Under the pieces are notes generated by a model that did not search any database, was not told where the DNA came from, and saw nothing but the letters and a program-made list of their open reading frames with translations. Positions 21,812-31,421 of a DNA stretch of 64,000 nt are shown here, in pieces (position 1 is the first letter of the stretch; each line of letters begins with the position of its first letter). The stretch covers positions 18,877 through 82,876 of the forward strand of contig CBHREK010000010.1 in NCBI GenBank assembly GCA_966077345.1, given 5' to 3'. This stretch comes from an uncultured Duganella sp. (GTDB lineage Bacteria > Pseudomonadota > Gammaproteobacteria > Burkholderiales > Burkholderiaceae_D). A program made the translations under genes and the position numbers.

Positions 21812-23736
21812 GCCGCCTCGTCTTTCAGCGTGACGAAACCGCCGTGGCCGGCTTTCTTCAGGTGTACCAGCAGCAGCGAAATCGCGGCTGGGGTCACGCC
21901 CGAAATACGCGAAGCCTGGCCCAGGGTCTCCGGACGATGCTTCTGCAGTTTCTGGCGCACTTCCATGGATAGCGCCGTGATCTCTGCATAGTTGAAGCCT
22001 TCGGGCAGCTTCAGGTTTTCGTAGTGCTCATGACGCTCGACTTCGCGCAGCTGGCGATCGATATAGCCCGAATACTTCAGGGTGATTTCGATCTGCTCCA
22101 TTACTGCCTCGTCGGTGACCCCAGGACCTGCCAAAGCTTGGCCTTCATTACCGGTCATGGTCATCAGCTTTTCGTAGCCGACGCCCGGACGACGCAGCAG
22201 GTCTGCCAGCGAATATTCGCGCTCGATGGCCTGGCCGATTACACGCTCGGACTCGGCTGCCGCCAGGATGCGCGGGTTGACCCAGGTCGATTTCAGGCGC
22301 TCCAGTTCCTGCGCAACGGCCTCGCGTTTGCGATCGAAAGCTTCCCACTGCGCATCACCGACGACACCCAGCTTACGCCCGATTTCTGTCAGGCGCATGT
22401 CAGCGTTATCTTCACGCAGGCTCAGGCGGTATTCCGCGCGGCTGGTGAACATGCGATACGGCTCTTGAACGCCCTGGGTCACCAGATCGTCGACCAGCAC
22501 GCCGAGGTAGGCTTCTGAACGAGCTGGAGTCCAGGATTCTTCGCCCTTGGTTTGCAGTGCCGCGTTAATACCGGCCAGCATGCCCTGCGCCGCAGCTTCT
22601 TCGTAACCGGTGGTACCGTTGATCTGACCGGCGAAGAACAGGCCGTTGATCGCCTTGGTTTCCAGCGAAGCTTTCAGGCCGCGCGGGTCGAAATAGTCAT
22701 ACTCGATGGCATAGCCAGGACGCAGGATATGCGCGTTCTCCAGACCCTTCATCGAACGCACCAGTTCGATCTGCACATCGAATGGCAGGCTGGTCGAGAT
22801 ACCGTTCGGGTAGAACTCATGGGTCGTCAAGCCTTCCGGTTCCAGGAAAATCTGGTGCGATTCCTTGGCCGAAAAGCGGTGGATCTTGTCTTCAATCGAC
22901 GGGCAATAGCGCGGGCCAACGCCCTCGATCACGCCGGTGTACATTGGGCTGCGGTCCAGGCCGCCACGAATAATGTCGTGGGTTTTCTGGTTGGTATGGG
23001 TAACCCAGCACGGCAACTGTTTCGGGTGCATGGAGGCATTGCCCATCACCGAGAACACTGGCACAGGATCCAAGTCGCCCGGCTGCTCGGTCATTTGCGA
23101 GAAGTCGATGCTCCGGCCATCAATGCGTGGCGGCGTGCCAGTCTTCAGGCGGCCTTGTGGCAGTTTCAATTCTTTCAGGCGCGCCGACAGCGAAATCGCT
23201 GGTGGATCGCCGGCACGGCCGGCCGAGAAATTCTGCAGGCCGACGTGGATCTTACCGTCCAGGAAGGTACCGGCGGTCAGCACGACAGCACGGCCCAGGA
23301 ACTTCAAGCCAATCTGGGTGACGGCGCCAACGACGCGGTCGCCCTCCACCATCAGGTCGTCCACCGCCTGCTGGAACAGCCACAAGTTCGGCTGGTTTTC
23401 CAGGCGATGACGGATGGCGGCCTTGTACAGGATACGGTCAGCCTGGGCGCGGGTCGCGCGCACGGCAGGGCCTTTGGAGGAATTCAGGATGCGGAACTGG
23501 ATGCCCGACTCATCGGTAGCGATGGCCATGGCGCCACCCATTGCGTCGACCTCTTTGACGAGGTGGCCTTTGCCAATGCCGCCGATGGATGGGTTGCACG
23601 ACATCTGGCCCAGCGTCTCAATGTTGTGAGTCAACAGGAGAGTCTTCTGGTCCATGCGGGCGGAAGCGAGGGCCGCCTCGGTACCGGCGTGACCACCGCC
23701 GACAACGATAACGTCGAATTCAGTAGGAAATAACAT
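21808..23736 (-). CDS. mnmG: tRNA uridine-5-carboxymethylaminomethyl modification enzyme
   Basis: [44 protein letters not shown]; true start MLFPTEFDV at 23736. Confidence 0.98.
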   Translation of the reverse strand: MLFPTEFDVIVVGGGHAGTEAALASARMDQKTLLLTHNIETLGQMSCNPSIGGIGKGHLVKEVDAMGGAMAIATDESGIQFRILNSSKGPAVRATRAQADRILYKAAIRHRLENQPNLWLFQQAVDDLMVEGDRVVGAVTQIGLKFLGRAVVLTAGTFLDGKIHVGLQNFSAGRAGDPPAISLSARLKELKLPQGRLKTGTPPRIDGRSIDFSQMTEQPGDLDPVPVFSVMGNASMHPKQLPCWVTHTNQKTHDIIRGGLDRSPMYTGVIEGVGPRYCPSIEDKIHRFSAKESHQIFLEPEGLTTHEFYPNGISTSLPFDVQIELVRSMKGLENAHILRPGYAIEYDYFDPRGLKASLETKAINGLFFAGQINGTTGYEEAAAQGMLAGINAALQTKGEESWTPARSEAYLGVLVDDLVTQGVQEPYRMFTSRAEYRLSLREDNADMRLTEIGRKLGVVGDAQWEAFDRKREAVAQELERLKSTWVNPRILAAAESERVIGQAIEREYSLADLLRRPGVGYEKLMTMTGNEGQALAGPGVTDEAVMEQIEITLKYSGYIDRQLREVERHEHYENLKLPEGFNYAEITALSMEVRQKLQKHRPETLGQASRISGVTPAAISLLLVHLKKAGHGGFVTLKDEAA

Positions 23737-23826
23737 GGTAAAAATGGGGAAAAGCTGGGGATCGAACTGAATTATAAAGTTTTTTCGCCCCTGCGAATTT
23801 TTTGGGCAGGATTTTTTTGCTCGCAA

Positions 23827-23842
23827 TGTTTCACGTGAAACA
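23827..23842. other. parS: parS centromere site 1
   Basis: Perfect TGTTTCACGTGAAACA. Confidence 0.93.
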
Positions 23843-23854
23843 AAAAAGGGCAGT

Positions 23855-23901
23855 AAAGAAATGGGGACGTACCCCTTAAAAGGGTACGTCCCCATTTCTT
23901 T
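23855..23901. terminator. 20-bp perfect inverted repeat (probable terminator between the TSUP gene and mnmG)
   Basis: AAAGAAATGGGGACGTACCC (23855-23874) / GGGTACGTCCCCATTTCTTT (23882-23901). Confidence 0.7.
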
Positions 23902-23909
23902 ACCACCAT

Positions 23910-23925
23910 TGTTTCACGTGAAACA
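23910..23925. other. parS: parS centromere site 2
   Basis: Perfect TGTTTCACGTGAAACA. Confidence 0.93.
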
Positions 23926-23928
23926 CTA

Positions 23929-24690
23929 TCACTTCAACCATGCGTCATAGCCCGTTTTGATAATCAATAGCACCACCACGACCAGGAACAGACGACGCAC
24001 AAACTCGCTGCCATGCTTCAATGCCAGCTTGGTACCCAGCACTGATCCCACCACCTGGCACACTGCCATCATCAAGCCGAGCTGCCAAATGATGTGGCCA
24101 GTGAATCCAAACAGCAGGATTGCCGCCACATTACATGCCACATTCACCACCTTGGCCGCTGCCGAGGCGCCGAGGAAATCGAAGCCAAAACTGCGCACGA
24201 ACAGGAAGACCAGGAAGCTACCGGTGCCTGGGCCAAAGAAGCCATCGTAGAAGCCGATCCCCGCTCCGACCAGCACGGCCAAAACTTTCTCCTTGGTGCC
24301 GGTGTGCAAAGGAGCGTGAACACTACCCAGGTCTTTGCGATAGAAGGTATAGACTGCGACCGCCAGCAGCACAAAAGGAAGCAGGCCGCGCAGGAAGTCA
24401 GGCGGAATCTTGGTGACGGTATAGGCGCCCAGGAAGGCAAACATGAAAGCGGCTATTGCAGCCGGAGCAACTGTCGTCCAAGCGATCTGGGTGCGGCGAG
24501 CATAGTTCACTGCCGCCGCGCTGGTCCCAAACACGCTCGCCACCTTGTTCGTCCCCAACAGTGTCGCCGGTGGCGTACCGCCCATTGCTGAGAAAAGAGC
24601 TGGAATCTGAATCAGACCACCGCCGCCAACCACCGCATCCACAAAACCCGCCGCGAACGCAGCCCCCGCCAGCAATCCATACTCGACCAT
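23929..24690 (-). CDS. TSUP (TauE/SafE sulfite exporter) family membrane protein
   Basis: AGFVDAVVGGGGLIQIP, GTNKVAS, GFYDGFFGPGTGSF; start MVEYG at 24690. Confidence 0.9.
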   Translation of the reverse strand: MVEYGLLAGAAFAAGFVDAVVGGGGLIQIPALFSAMGGTPPATLLGTNKVASVFGTSAAAVNYARRTQIAWTTVAPAAIAAFMFAFLGAYTVTKIPPDFLRGLLPFVLLAVAVYTFYRKDLGSVHAPLHTGTKEKVLAVLVGAGIGFYDGFFGPGTGSFLVFLFVRSFGFDFLGASAAAKVVNVACNVAAILLFGFTGHIIWQLGLMMAVCQVVGSVLGTKLALKHGSEFVRRLFLVVVVLLIIKTGYDAWLK

Positions 24691-24781
24691 CACCCCGCCC
24701 CAACTAATTCGGAAACGTAATATTGTAGGTCGGAACCGCGCATGACGCTGGACCCTGGTGTAAGCTTTCCCGATGGACCTG

Positions 24782-25939
24782 ATGACCTCTTTCAGCTTTT
24801 CGACCGTTCCGACCATCCTCTCCGCCCCTGGAGCGACCAGAGAGCTCGGCCAGGAATTGCGTCTCCGGTATCCCAACATTCGCCGGGTCCTGTTGGTAAC
24901 GGACCAAGGCTTTCTGAGAACCGGACTGGCAAAAGCACCCCTGGAAAGCCTGAAGGCGGCAATGTTTCACGTGAAACAATTTGCCGACGTGCTAGCTGAT
25001 CCTCCCGAACACATCATCCAGGAGGCCCTTGCCGCAGCCCGCGAACATCAGACTGAACTTGTCATCGGTCTCGGCGGAGGGAGCTCGATGGACGTGGCCA
25101 AGCTTGTAGCCGTACTCACCGCCAGCTCGCAATCGCTCGCCGAAATCTACGGTATCGGCAATGTGCACGGCACCCGACTGCCACTGATCCAGATCCCGAC
25201 CACCGCCGGCACCGGATCGGAAGTAACCAACATCTCCATCGTCACGACCGGTGCCACCAGCAAGATGGGCATAGTTGCGCCCCAGCTTTACGCCGACATG
25301 GCGATCCTGGACGCCGAGCTCACAATCGGCCTGCCGCCCGCCGTGACCGCCGCAACCGGAATCGACGCCATGGTCCACGCGATCGAGGCGTACACCAGCA
25401 AACACAAAAAGAATCCGCTGTCGGACGGCCTGGCACGTCAGGCCCTGAGCCTGCTATCCCGCCACCTGATCCGCGCCTGCGAAAACGGTCACGACCTCGC
25501 AGCCCGCCAAGCCATGCTGCTCGGAGCAATGCTGGCAGGCCAAGCCTTCGCCAATGCACCGGTTGCCGCAGTGCACGCGCTGGCATATCCAATCGGGGGA
25601 ATTTTCCACGTCCCACATGGGCTGTCGAACTCACTCGTGCTGCCCCACGTGCTGCGCTTCAACGCAGAAGCATGCGCAGAGCAATATGCGGAACTCGCCA
25701 CAATCGTCGTGCCCCACGCCGAAGGTAGCGTGGAAGCCCGAGCCGAAGCCCTCGCTGTTGCAATGCAACAATTCGCCACGATCACAGGCCTGCCCCGAAC
25801 CCTACGCCAAGTAGGGATCAACGAGACAGACCTCAATTTGCTGGCCGACGACGCCATGAAGCAGACCCGCCTACTCGCCAACAACCCGCGCCCGGTAACC
25901 CGCGAAGACGCCTACGCACTGTACAAACTGGCGCTATAG
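24782..25939 (+). CDS. Iron-containing alcohol dehydrogenase
   Basis: GLGGGSSMDVAK, PTTAGTGSE, GIDAMVHAIE, HALAYP, PHG. Confidence 0.92.
   Translation: MTSFSFSTVPTILSAPGATRELGQELRLRYPNIRRVLLVTDQGFLRTGLAKAPLESLKAAMFHVKQFADVLADPPEHIIQEALAAAREHQTELVIGLGGGSSMDVAKLVAVLTASSQSLAEIYGIGNVHGTRLPLIQIPTTAGTGSEVTNISIVTTGATSKMGIVAPQLYADMAILDAELTIGLPPAVTAATGIDAMVHAIEAYTSKHKKNPLSDGLARQALSLLSRHLIRACENGHDLAARQAMLLGAMLAGQAFANAPVAAVHALAYPIGGIFHVPHGLSNSLVLPHVLRFNAEACAEQYAELATIVVPHAEGSVEARAEALAVAMQQFATITGLPRTLRQVGINETDLNLLADDAMKQTRLLANNPRPVTREDAYALYKLAL
24963..24978. other. parS: parS centromere site 3 (inside the ADH coding sequence)
   Basis: Perfect TGTTTCACGTGAAACA, read as MFHVKQ in the protein. Confidence 0.9.
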
Positions 25940-25942
25940 CCC

Positions 25943-25984
25943 AGCCCGTGTCAACCTTGGGGTCAGGCTCTTTGGTTGACACGA
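25943..25984 (+). repeat. REP-like palindromic element, left copy
   Basis: AGCCCGTGTCAACCTTGGGGTCAGGCTCTTTGGTTGACACGA; 10-bp stem CGTGTCAACC/GGTTGACACG. Confidence 0.9.
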
Positions 25985-26045
25985 CCTGAACCAATTCCAT
26001 GCGCCTAATCAAAATGGCATCTGTCGCTACAGCTAAGCTTGGGAC

Positions 26046-26843
26046 ATGAGCCGCCCTCCAAGAATCGAGTTTCCTGGTGCCCTGTATCACGTAACGTCGC
26101 GTGGCAATCGACGCGCCAACATCTTCCTGGACCAACGCGATTTTCATATTTGGATCGACATACTCGCTGAAACAGTTGAGAAGCACTCCATCAAGGTGTA
26201 TGGATACTGTCTAATGCCCAACCACTACCACCTGCTCATAGAGACCCCAAACGCCAATCTCTCAGCTGCCTTGCATAGCCTGAATGCGAGGTATTGCCAA
26301 CACTTCAATAAACGCCATGGCACCTCTGGTCATGTAATCCAAGGACGATTTCACGCTGTACTCATAAAGTTTGATCAGCAACTCCTCGCCGTTTCTCGAT
26401 ATATCAGCCTCAATCCTGTGCGTGCAAAACTCACTTCAAATCCCGCAGACTGGCCATGGAGTAACCATCGCTACATGCTTGCACCGGAGACAGCACCAAG
26501 CTGGCTCGATACCAAATGGATCCTGGCACAGTTTGGAAGTACCTCCGCAAAGGAACAAATAGCACGATACCAAGCCTTTGTGATGGCAGGCATAGGTATG
26601 CCGAACCCTCTGCAATTTCATGGACAGACACCAAACCCGAAAAAAGAGGGCGCCCTATCACTGCAAGAATATGCCGACAAATACCCAAATCGGACTGAGG
26701 CTATTGCTCGTGCATTTCAATCGACCGCATATACCCGTCAACAGATAGGAGAATTCTTTGAGGTATGTCCTCGGACAATCAGCCGCGCGATCATCACATT
26801 CCCAGAGATCGAAGGCTCAGTTCGTGTCAACCAAAGAGCCTGA
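26046..26843 (+). mobile_element. REP-associated tyrosine transposase (RAYT, Y1/HUH family) with C-terminal HTH
   Basis: YHVTSRGN, CLMPNHYHLL (HUH), GHVIQGRF, YISLNPVRA, WPWS; visibly AT-richer codon usage; flanked by inverted REPs. Confidence 0.9.
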
Positions 26844-26863
26844 CCCCAAGGTTGACACGGGCT
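26822..26863 (-). repeat. REP-like element, right copy (exact reverse complement of 25943-25984)
   Basis: 42/42 identity checked by eye; contains the RAYT stop codon. Confidence 0.9.
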
Positions 26864-26869
26864 CGGCCC

Positions 26870-27838
26870 TTAGGTGCGGCGGGTTTGCCGGGCGATGATT
26901 TCGCCGACAATTCCTTTGCGGAACAGCAGTACGCAGGCGACGAAGATGAAGCCGATTACCAGGCTGACTGCTTCACCCAGTGTGGAAAACCATTCGATTC
27001 CTGTGGCGCCGGCCATGATGGTGCCGAAGTCACCAAGCTTGTTTTCCAGCGCGATGATCAGGATCGCGCCGATGATCGGGCCGACCAACGTTCCCATGCC
27101 GCCCACCAGCGTCATCAGGATCACAAGGCCTGACATCGCCCAGTGCACATCCGTCAGCGTTTCAAATCCAAGCACGATCGATTTGGTCGCACCAGCCAAT
27201 GCAGCCAGCGAACCGGAAAGCACGAACGCCGCGAGCTTGTACTTGTCCACGTCATAGCCAAGCGAGATTGCTCGCGGTTCGTTTTCCTTGATCGCTTTCA
27301 GGACCTGGCCAAACGGCGAATGCACCGTCCGCATGATCAGCGCGAAACCGCCGATGAAAATCCCCAGCACCACGTAGTACATCGTGAGGTCGTTGCCCAA
27401 GTCCAGCAAACCAAGCAGCTTACCGCGCGGGATGCCCTGCAAGCCATCCTCGCCTCCGGTGAAATCAGTAAAGCGCAGCGCCGCGAAATACACCATCTGC
27501 GCCAGCGCCAGCGTAATCATCGAGAAGTAAATCCCTTGGCGACGAATCGCCAAGCCGCCCATCACCAATCCAATCAGCGCGCCCGATAACACGCCAACCA
27601 GCAAGCTCAGTTCAAACGGCAGCCCCCAGTTCTTCAAGGCGTTGCCGGCGAAGTAGCCCGCCGCACCAAAGAACGCTGCGTGGCCAAACGAGAGCAAACC
27701 GGTAAATCCAATCAGCAGGTTGAACGCGCAGGCAAACAGTGCGAAGCACAAGAGCTTCATCAGCAGCACGGGATAACCGACGAACGGCGCGCCCAGCGCC
27801 AGCACCAATGCGATGGAGTAGCCCAGCTTCTTATTCAT
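26870..27838 (-). CDS. Branched-chain amino acid-type ABC permease (LivM-like)
   Basis: FNLLIGFTGLLSFGHAAFFG, GGEDGLQG, SPFGQVLKAIKENE; start MNKKLG at 27838. Confidence 0.9.
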   Translation of the reverse strand: MNKKLGYSIALVLALGAPFVGYPVLLMKLLCFALFACAFNLLIGFTGLLSFGHAAFFGAAGYFAGNALKNWGLPFELSLLVGVLSGALIGLVMGGLAIRRQGIYFSMITLALAQMVYFAALRFTDFTGGEDGLQGIPRGKLLGLLDLGNDLTMYYVVLGIFIGGFALIMRTVHSPFGQVLKAIKENEPRAISLGYDVDKYKLAAFVLSGSLAALAGATKSIVLGFETLTDVHWAMSGLVILMTLVGGMGTLVGPIIGAILIIALENKLGDFGTIMAGATGIEWFSTLGEAVSLVIGFIFVACVLLFRKGIVGEIIARQTRRT

Positions 27839-28722
27839 TATCGTTCCTTGCCAAACAGGCCGGCGGGGCGCAGCAATAGGATGATGACCATCACCAAAAA
27901 CACGACGGTGTTGGCAAATTCGGGGTAGAACACTTTCGTCAGTCCTTCGATCACGCCGAGCCCAAGGCCGGTCACAATGGAGCCAAGAATCGAGCCCATG
28001 CCCCCGATCACTACAACGGCGAATACGACGATTATCAGGTTCGACCCCATCAAGGGTGTCACTTGTTGGATTGGAGCCGCCAGAACGCCTGCAAAGCCCG
28101 CCAAAGCGACGCCAAAGCCGTAGGTCAAGGTCACCATCAGCGGGACGTTGATCCCGAACGCTTCCACCAGCTTCGGATTCTCGGTGCCGGCACGCAGGTA
28201 GGCACCCAGTTTGGTCTTCTCGATCACGAACCAGGTGGCCAGGCAAACCACCAACGATGCCAGCACCACCCAGGCGCGATAATTCGGCATCACCATGAAG
28301 CCGAGGTCCGTTGCCCCTTGCAGGGCCTCGGGTGTTTCGAACAGCTGCCCGGAGACCCCGTAGAACGAGCGGAAACCACCTTCGATCAGCAGGGTGAGGC
28401 CGAACGTCAGCAGCAGTCCATAAAGGTGATCAAGCTTGTACAGGCGGCGCAGCATGGTCCTTTCGATCACCACGCCCAACACGCCCACAATCAACGGCGC
28501 CAACACCAGCACGCTCCAATAGCTCATGCCAAAGTAGGTCATGCCTATCCACGCGAGGAAGGCGCCCATCATGTACATGGCGCCGTGCGCAAAATTGATC
28601 ACATTCAGCAGCCCGAAAATCACGGCAAGGCCGAGGGACAGCATGGCGTAAAAAGAGCCGTTGACGAGCCCCAGCAACAGCTGGGACATCATCATCGGTA
28701 GCGGGCGGCCGAAGATCTCCAT
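27838..28722 (-). CDS. Branched-chain amino acid-type ABC permease (LivH-like)
   Basis: GLAVIFGLLNVINFAHG, KTKLGAYLRA. Confidence 0.9.
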   Translation of the reverse strand: MEIFGRPLPMMMSQLLLGLVNGSFYAMLSLGLAVIFGLLNVINFAHGAMYMMGAFLAWIGMTYFGMSYWSVLVLAPLIVGVLGVVIERTMLRRLYKLDHLYGLLLTFGLTLLIEGGFRSFYGVSGQLFETPEALQGATDLGFMVMPNYRAWVVLASLVVCLATWFVIEKTKLGAYLRAGTENPKLVEAFGINVPLMVTLTYGFGVALAGFAGVLAAPIQQVTPLMGSNLIIVVFAVVVIGGMGSILGSIVTGLGLGVIEGLTKVFYPEFANTVVFLVMVIILLLRPAGLFGKER

Positions 28723-28727
28723 CTAGC

Positions 28728-29924
28728 TTACTTCCACAGGCTGCACTTGGATTCGGCCTTGGACATGTAGGCCTGGTCGCCCGGAATCGTGGCCACGACC
28801 TTGTAGTAATCCCACGGATACTTGGACTCCGATTGCTTTTTCACTTCCATCAGGTACATGTCGTGCACCATGCGGCCGTCGGGGCGGATCACACCGTTGC
28901 TGGTGAAGACATCCTTGATCGTGGTGGATTTCAGCTTCGCCATCACTTTGTCGGCATCGTCAGTGCCAACGGCCTTCACTGCAGCCAAGTATTGCGACGC
29001 GGCGGAATAGTCGCCGGCCTGCAGCATCGACGGCTCTTTCTTCATCTTCGCGAAGTAGCGCTTGGACCACGCGCGCGTGGCGTCGTTCATGTCCCAGTAC
29101 CAGCCGTCGGTCAGGTACATGCCTGCTGTGGCGTTCAGGCCGAGCGAATGGATGTCGTTGATGAACACCAGCAGGCCGGCCATCTTCATCTTTTTCGACA
29201 CGCCGAATTCGTTGGACGCTTTCACCGAATTGATAAAGTCGCCGCCGGCGTTCGCCAGGCCAAGCACCTGCGCGCCGGAGGACGAAGCCTGCATCAGGAA
29301 GGACGAAAAATCGGTGCCCGGGAAGGGGTGGCGCACATTGCCAATCACTTTGCCGCCGGACTTGTTGACCACCTCGGTCGTGTCCTTTTCCAGGGAATGG
29401 CCGAAGGCGTAGTCGGCGGTCAGGAAGTACCAGTTCTTGCCGCCCTGCTTGACCATGGTGCTGCCGGTACCGCGCGCCAGCGCTACCGTGTCGTAGGCGT
29501 AGTGCACGGTGTAGGGCGTGCACTCTTCATTGGTCAGGCGCGACGAGCCGGCCCCAATCACCATGAAGACCTTCTTCTTGTCTGCGGCGACTTTGGCCAT
29601 CGCCAGGTTGGCGCCGGAATTGGTGCCGCCAACCAGCATGTCCACGCCCTGCTGGTCGAACCATTCACGCGCTTTCGACGCAGCGATATCCGCCTTGTTC
29701 TGGTGATCTGCAAAAACGAACTCGATCTTCTTGCCGTTGATCGCGCCGCCCGCATCGGCAATCGCCATCTTGATCGCTTCGGCGCCGCCCTGCCCGTCGA
29801 TGTCTGAATAGACGCCCGACATATCGGTGATGAAGCCGATCTTGATCGTATCGCCGGAAATCTGGGCGTGCGCGCTACCGAAGGCGCAAAGAGCTGCTGC
29901 AAAGGCAATGGCATTGCGTTTCAT
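28728..29924 (-). CDS. ABC transporter periplasmic substrate-binding protein (LivK-like)
   Basis: Signal peptide, IKIGFITDMSG, DHQNKADIA, LTADYAFG. Confidence 0.9.
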   Translation of the reverse strand: MKRNAIAFAAALCAFGSAHAQISGDTIKIGFITDMSGVYSDIDGQGGAEAIKMAIADAGGAINGKKIEFVFADHQNKADIAASKAREWFDQQGVDMLVGGTNSGANLAMAKVAADKKKVFMVIGAGSSRLTNEECTPYTVHYAYDTVALARGTGSTMVKQGGKNWYFLTADYAFGHSLEKDTTEVVNKSGGKVIGNVRHPFPGTDFSSFLMQASSSGAQVLGLANAGGDFINSVKASNEFGVSKKMKMAGLLVFINDIHSLGLNATAGMYLTDGWYWDMNDATRAWSKRYFAKMKKEPSMLQAGDYSAASQYLAAVKAVGTDDADKVMAKLKSTTIKDVFTSNGVIRPDGRMVHDMYLMEVKKQSESKYPWDYYKVVATIPGDQAYMSKAESKCSLWK

Positions 29925-29952
29925 AGTGTCTCCGTTTTTTCAGTTTTGATAT

Positions 29953-30657
29953 TCAAACGCCCAGCAGCTCGGTCAATACCGGCATGCGGGCATCCAATTC
30001 CGATGACGCAAAACTCTCAACAATCCGACCGTGTTCCATGACGTAAAACCGATCCGCCAGCGGCGCCGCGAACCGGAAATTCTGTTCGACCATTACAATC
30101 GTGTATCCCTTGGCTTTCAACGTGCGGATCATGCGCGCCAGCCCTTGTACAATCACGGGCGCCAGCCCTTCGGAGATTTCATCCAGCAGCAGCAGGCGCG
30201 CGCCGGTGCGCAGGATGCGCGCCACCGCCAGCATCTGCTGTTCGCCGCCGGACAGGCGCGTGCCCTGGCTGGTGCGGCGCTCCTTCAGGTTAGGGAACAT
30301 TTCGTAGATCTCTTCGACCGCCATGCCCTGCCCGGTTTTCAACGCCGGCGGCAGCAGCAGGTTCTCTTCGGTGGTGAGCGAAGAAAAAATCCCGCGTTCT
30401 TCGGGACAATAGCCCACTCCCAAGTGGGCTATTTTGTGCGTGGACAAACCGATCGCTTCCTGGCCGTTGATGCGGATGGAACCTTTGCGCATCCCGGTAA
30501 GGCCCATGATGGCGCGCAGCGTGGTGGTGCGGCCGGCGCCGTTACGGCCAAGCAGCGTCACCACTTCGCCGTGGTTCACATTCAGGTTCACGTCATGCAG
30601 GATGTGCGACTCGCCGTACCAGGCCTGTAGCTGGTTGATCTCCAGCGCGGCCGTCAT
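29953..30657 (-). CDS. ABC ATP-binding protein (LivF-like)
   Basis: GRNGAGRT, LSGGEQQML, LLLDE. Confidence 0.9.
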   Translation of the reverse strand: MTAALEINQLQAWYGESHILHDVNLNVNHGEVVTLLGRNGAGRTTTLRAIMGLTGMRKGSIRINGQEAIGLSTHKIAHLGVGYCPEERGIFSSLTTEENLLLPPALKTGQGMAVEEIYEMFPNLKERRTSQGTRLSGGEQQMLAVARILRTGARLLLLDEISEGLAPVIVQGLARMIRTLKAKGYTIVMVEQNFRFAAPLADRFYVMEHGRIVESFASSELDARMPVLTELLGV

Positions 30658-31403
30658 GCTTCGGTTCCCATATAAGCTTCCATCACTTGCGGATTCTTCG
30701 ACACTTCTTCATACGGACCTTCCGCCAGCACTGCGCCGCGCTGCAGCACGGAGATACGGTCGCAAATGCCGGAGACCACGCTCATATTGTGTTCAACCAT
30801 GAGGATGGTGCGGCCAGCGGAAACCTTCTTGATCAACTCCGTCACGCGATGCACGTCTTCGTGGCCCATGCCTTGCGTCGGCTCGTCGAGCAGCATCAGT
30901 TCAGGCTCCATCGCCAACGTGGTGGCGATCTCCAAAGCGCGCTTGCGGCCATAAGGCATATCGACCGTCGGCGTATCGGCGAACGATTCCAGGTCGACCT
31001 CGGCCAGCAATTCCATCGCGCGGCCATTGAGCTGATCGAGCGTGCGTTCGCTGCGCCAGAAATGGAAGGTCGTGCCGAGCTTGCGCTGCAGGCCAATGCG
31101 CACATTTTCGAGCACAGTCAGGTGCGGGAAGACAGCGGATATCTGGAAAGAACGAATCACGCCCATGCGCGCGATCTGCGCCGGCTTGTGCGAGGTAATG
31201 TCCTTGCCGTTAAAGAGGATCTGGCCTGAAGTCGGCACCAGGAATTTGGTCAGCAGGTTAAAGCAGGTTGTCTTGCCGGCGCCGTTCGGGCCGATCAAGG
31301 CGTGGATATGCCCACGCCGGACTTGCAGGTCCACGTTGGCGACAGCGGTGAATCCCTTGAACTCCTTGGTCAAACTCTTTGTTTCCAAGATGAAGTCGGA
31401 CAT
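30654..31403 (-). CDS. ABC ATP-binding protein (LivG-like)
   Basis: GPNGAGKT, MPYGRKRALE, LLDEP. Confidence 0.9.
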   Translation of the reverse strand: MSDFILETKSLTKEFKGFTAVANVDLQVRRGHIHALIGPNGAGKTTCFNLLTKFLVPTSGQILFNGKDITSHKPAQIARMGVIRSFQISAVFPHLTVLENVRIGLQRKLGTTFHFWRSERTLDQLNGRAMELLAEVDLESFADTPTVDMPYGRKRALEIATTLAMEPELMLLDEPTQGMGHEDVHRVTELIKKVSAGRTILMVEHNMSVVSGICDRISVLQRGAVLAEGPYEEVSKNPQVMEAYMGTEA

Positions 31404-31421
31404 TGTGTCTCCCCGGTTTTG

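Noticed and set aside
23737-23895. N-terminal extension of mnmG in the ORF track
   Set aside because: Runs through parS and the hairpin; the conserved protein starts at 23736.
26046-26843. Ordinary IS200/IS605 element
   Set aside because: No tnpB; longer than IS200 TnpA; flanked by REPs that recur elsewhere without the gene.
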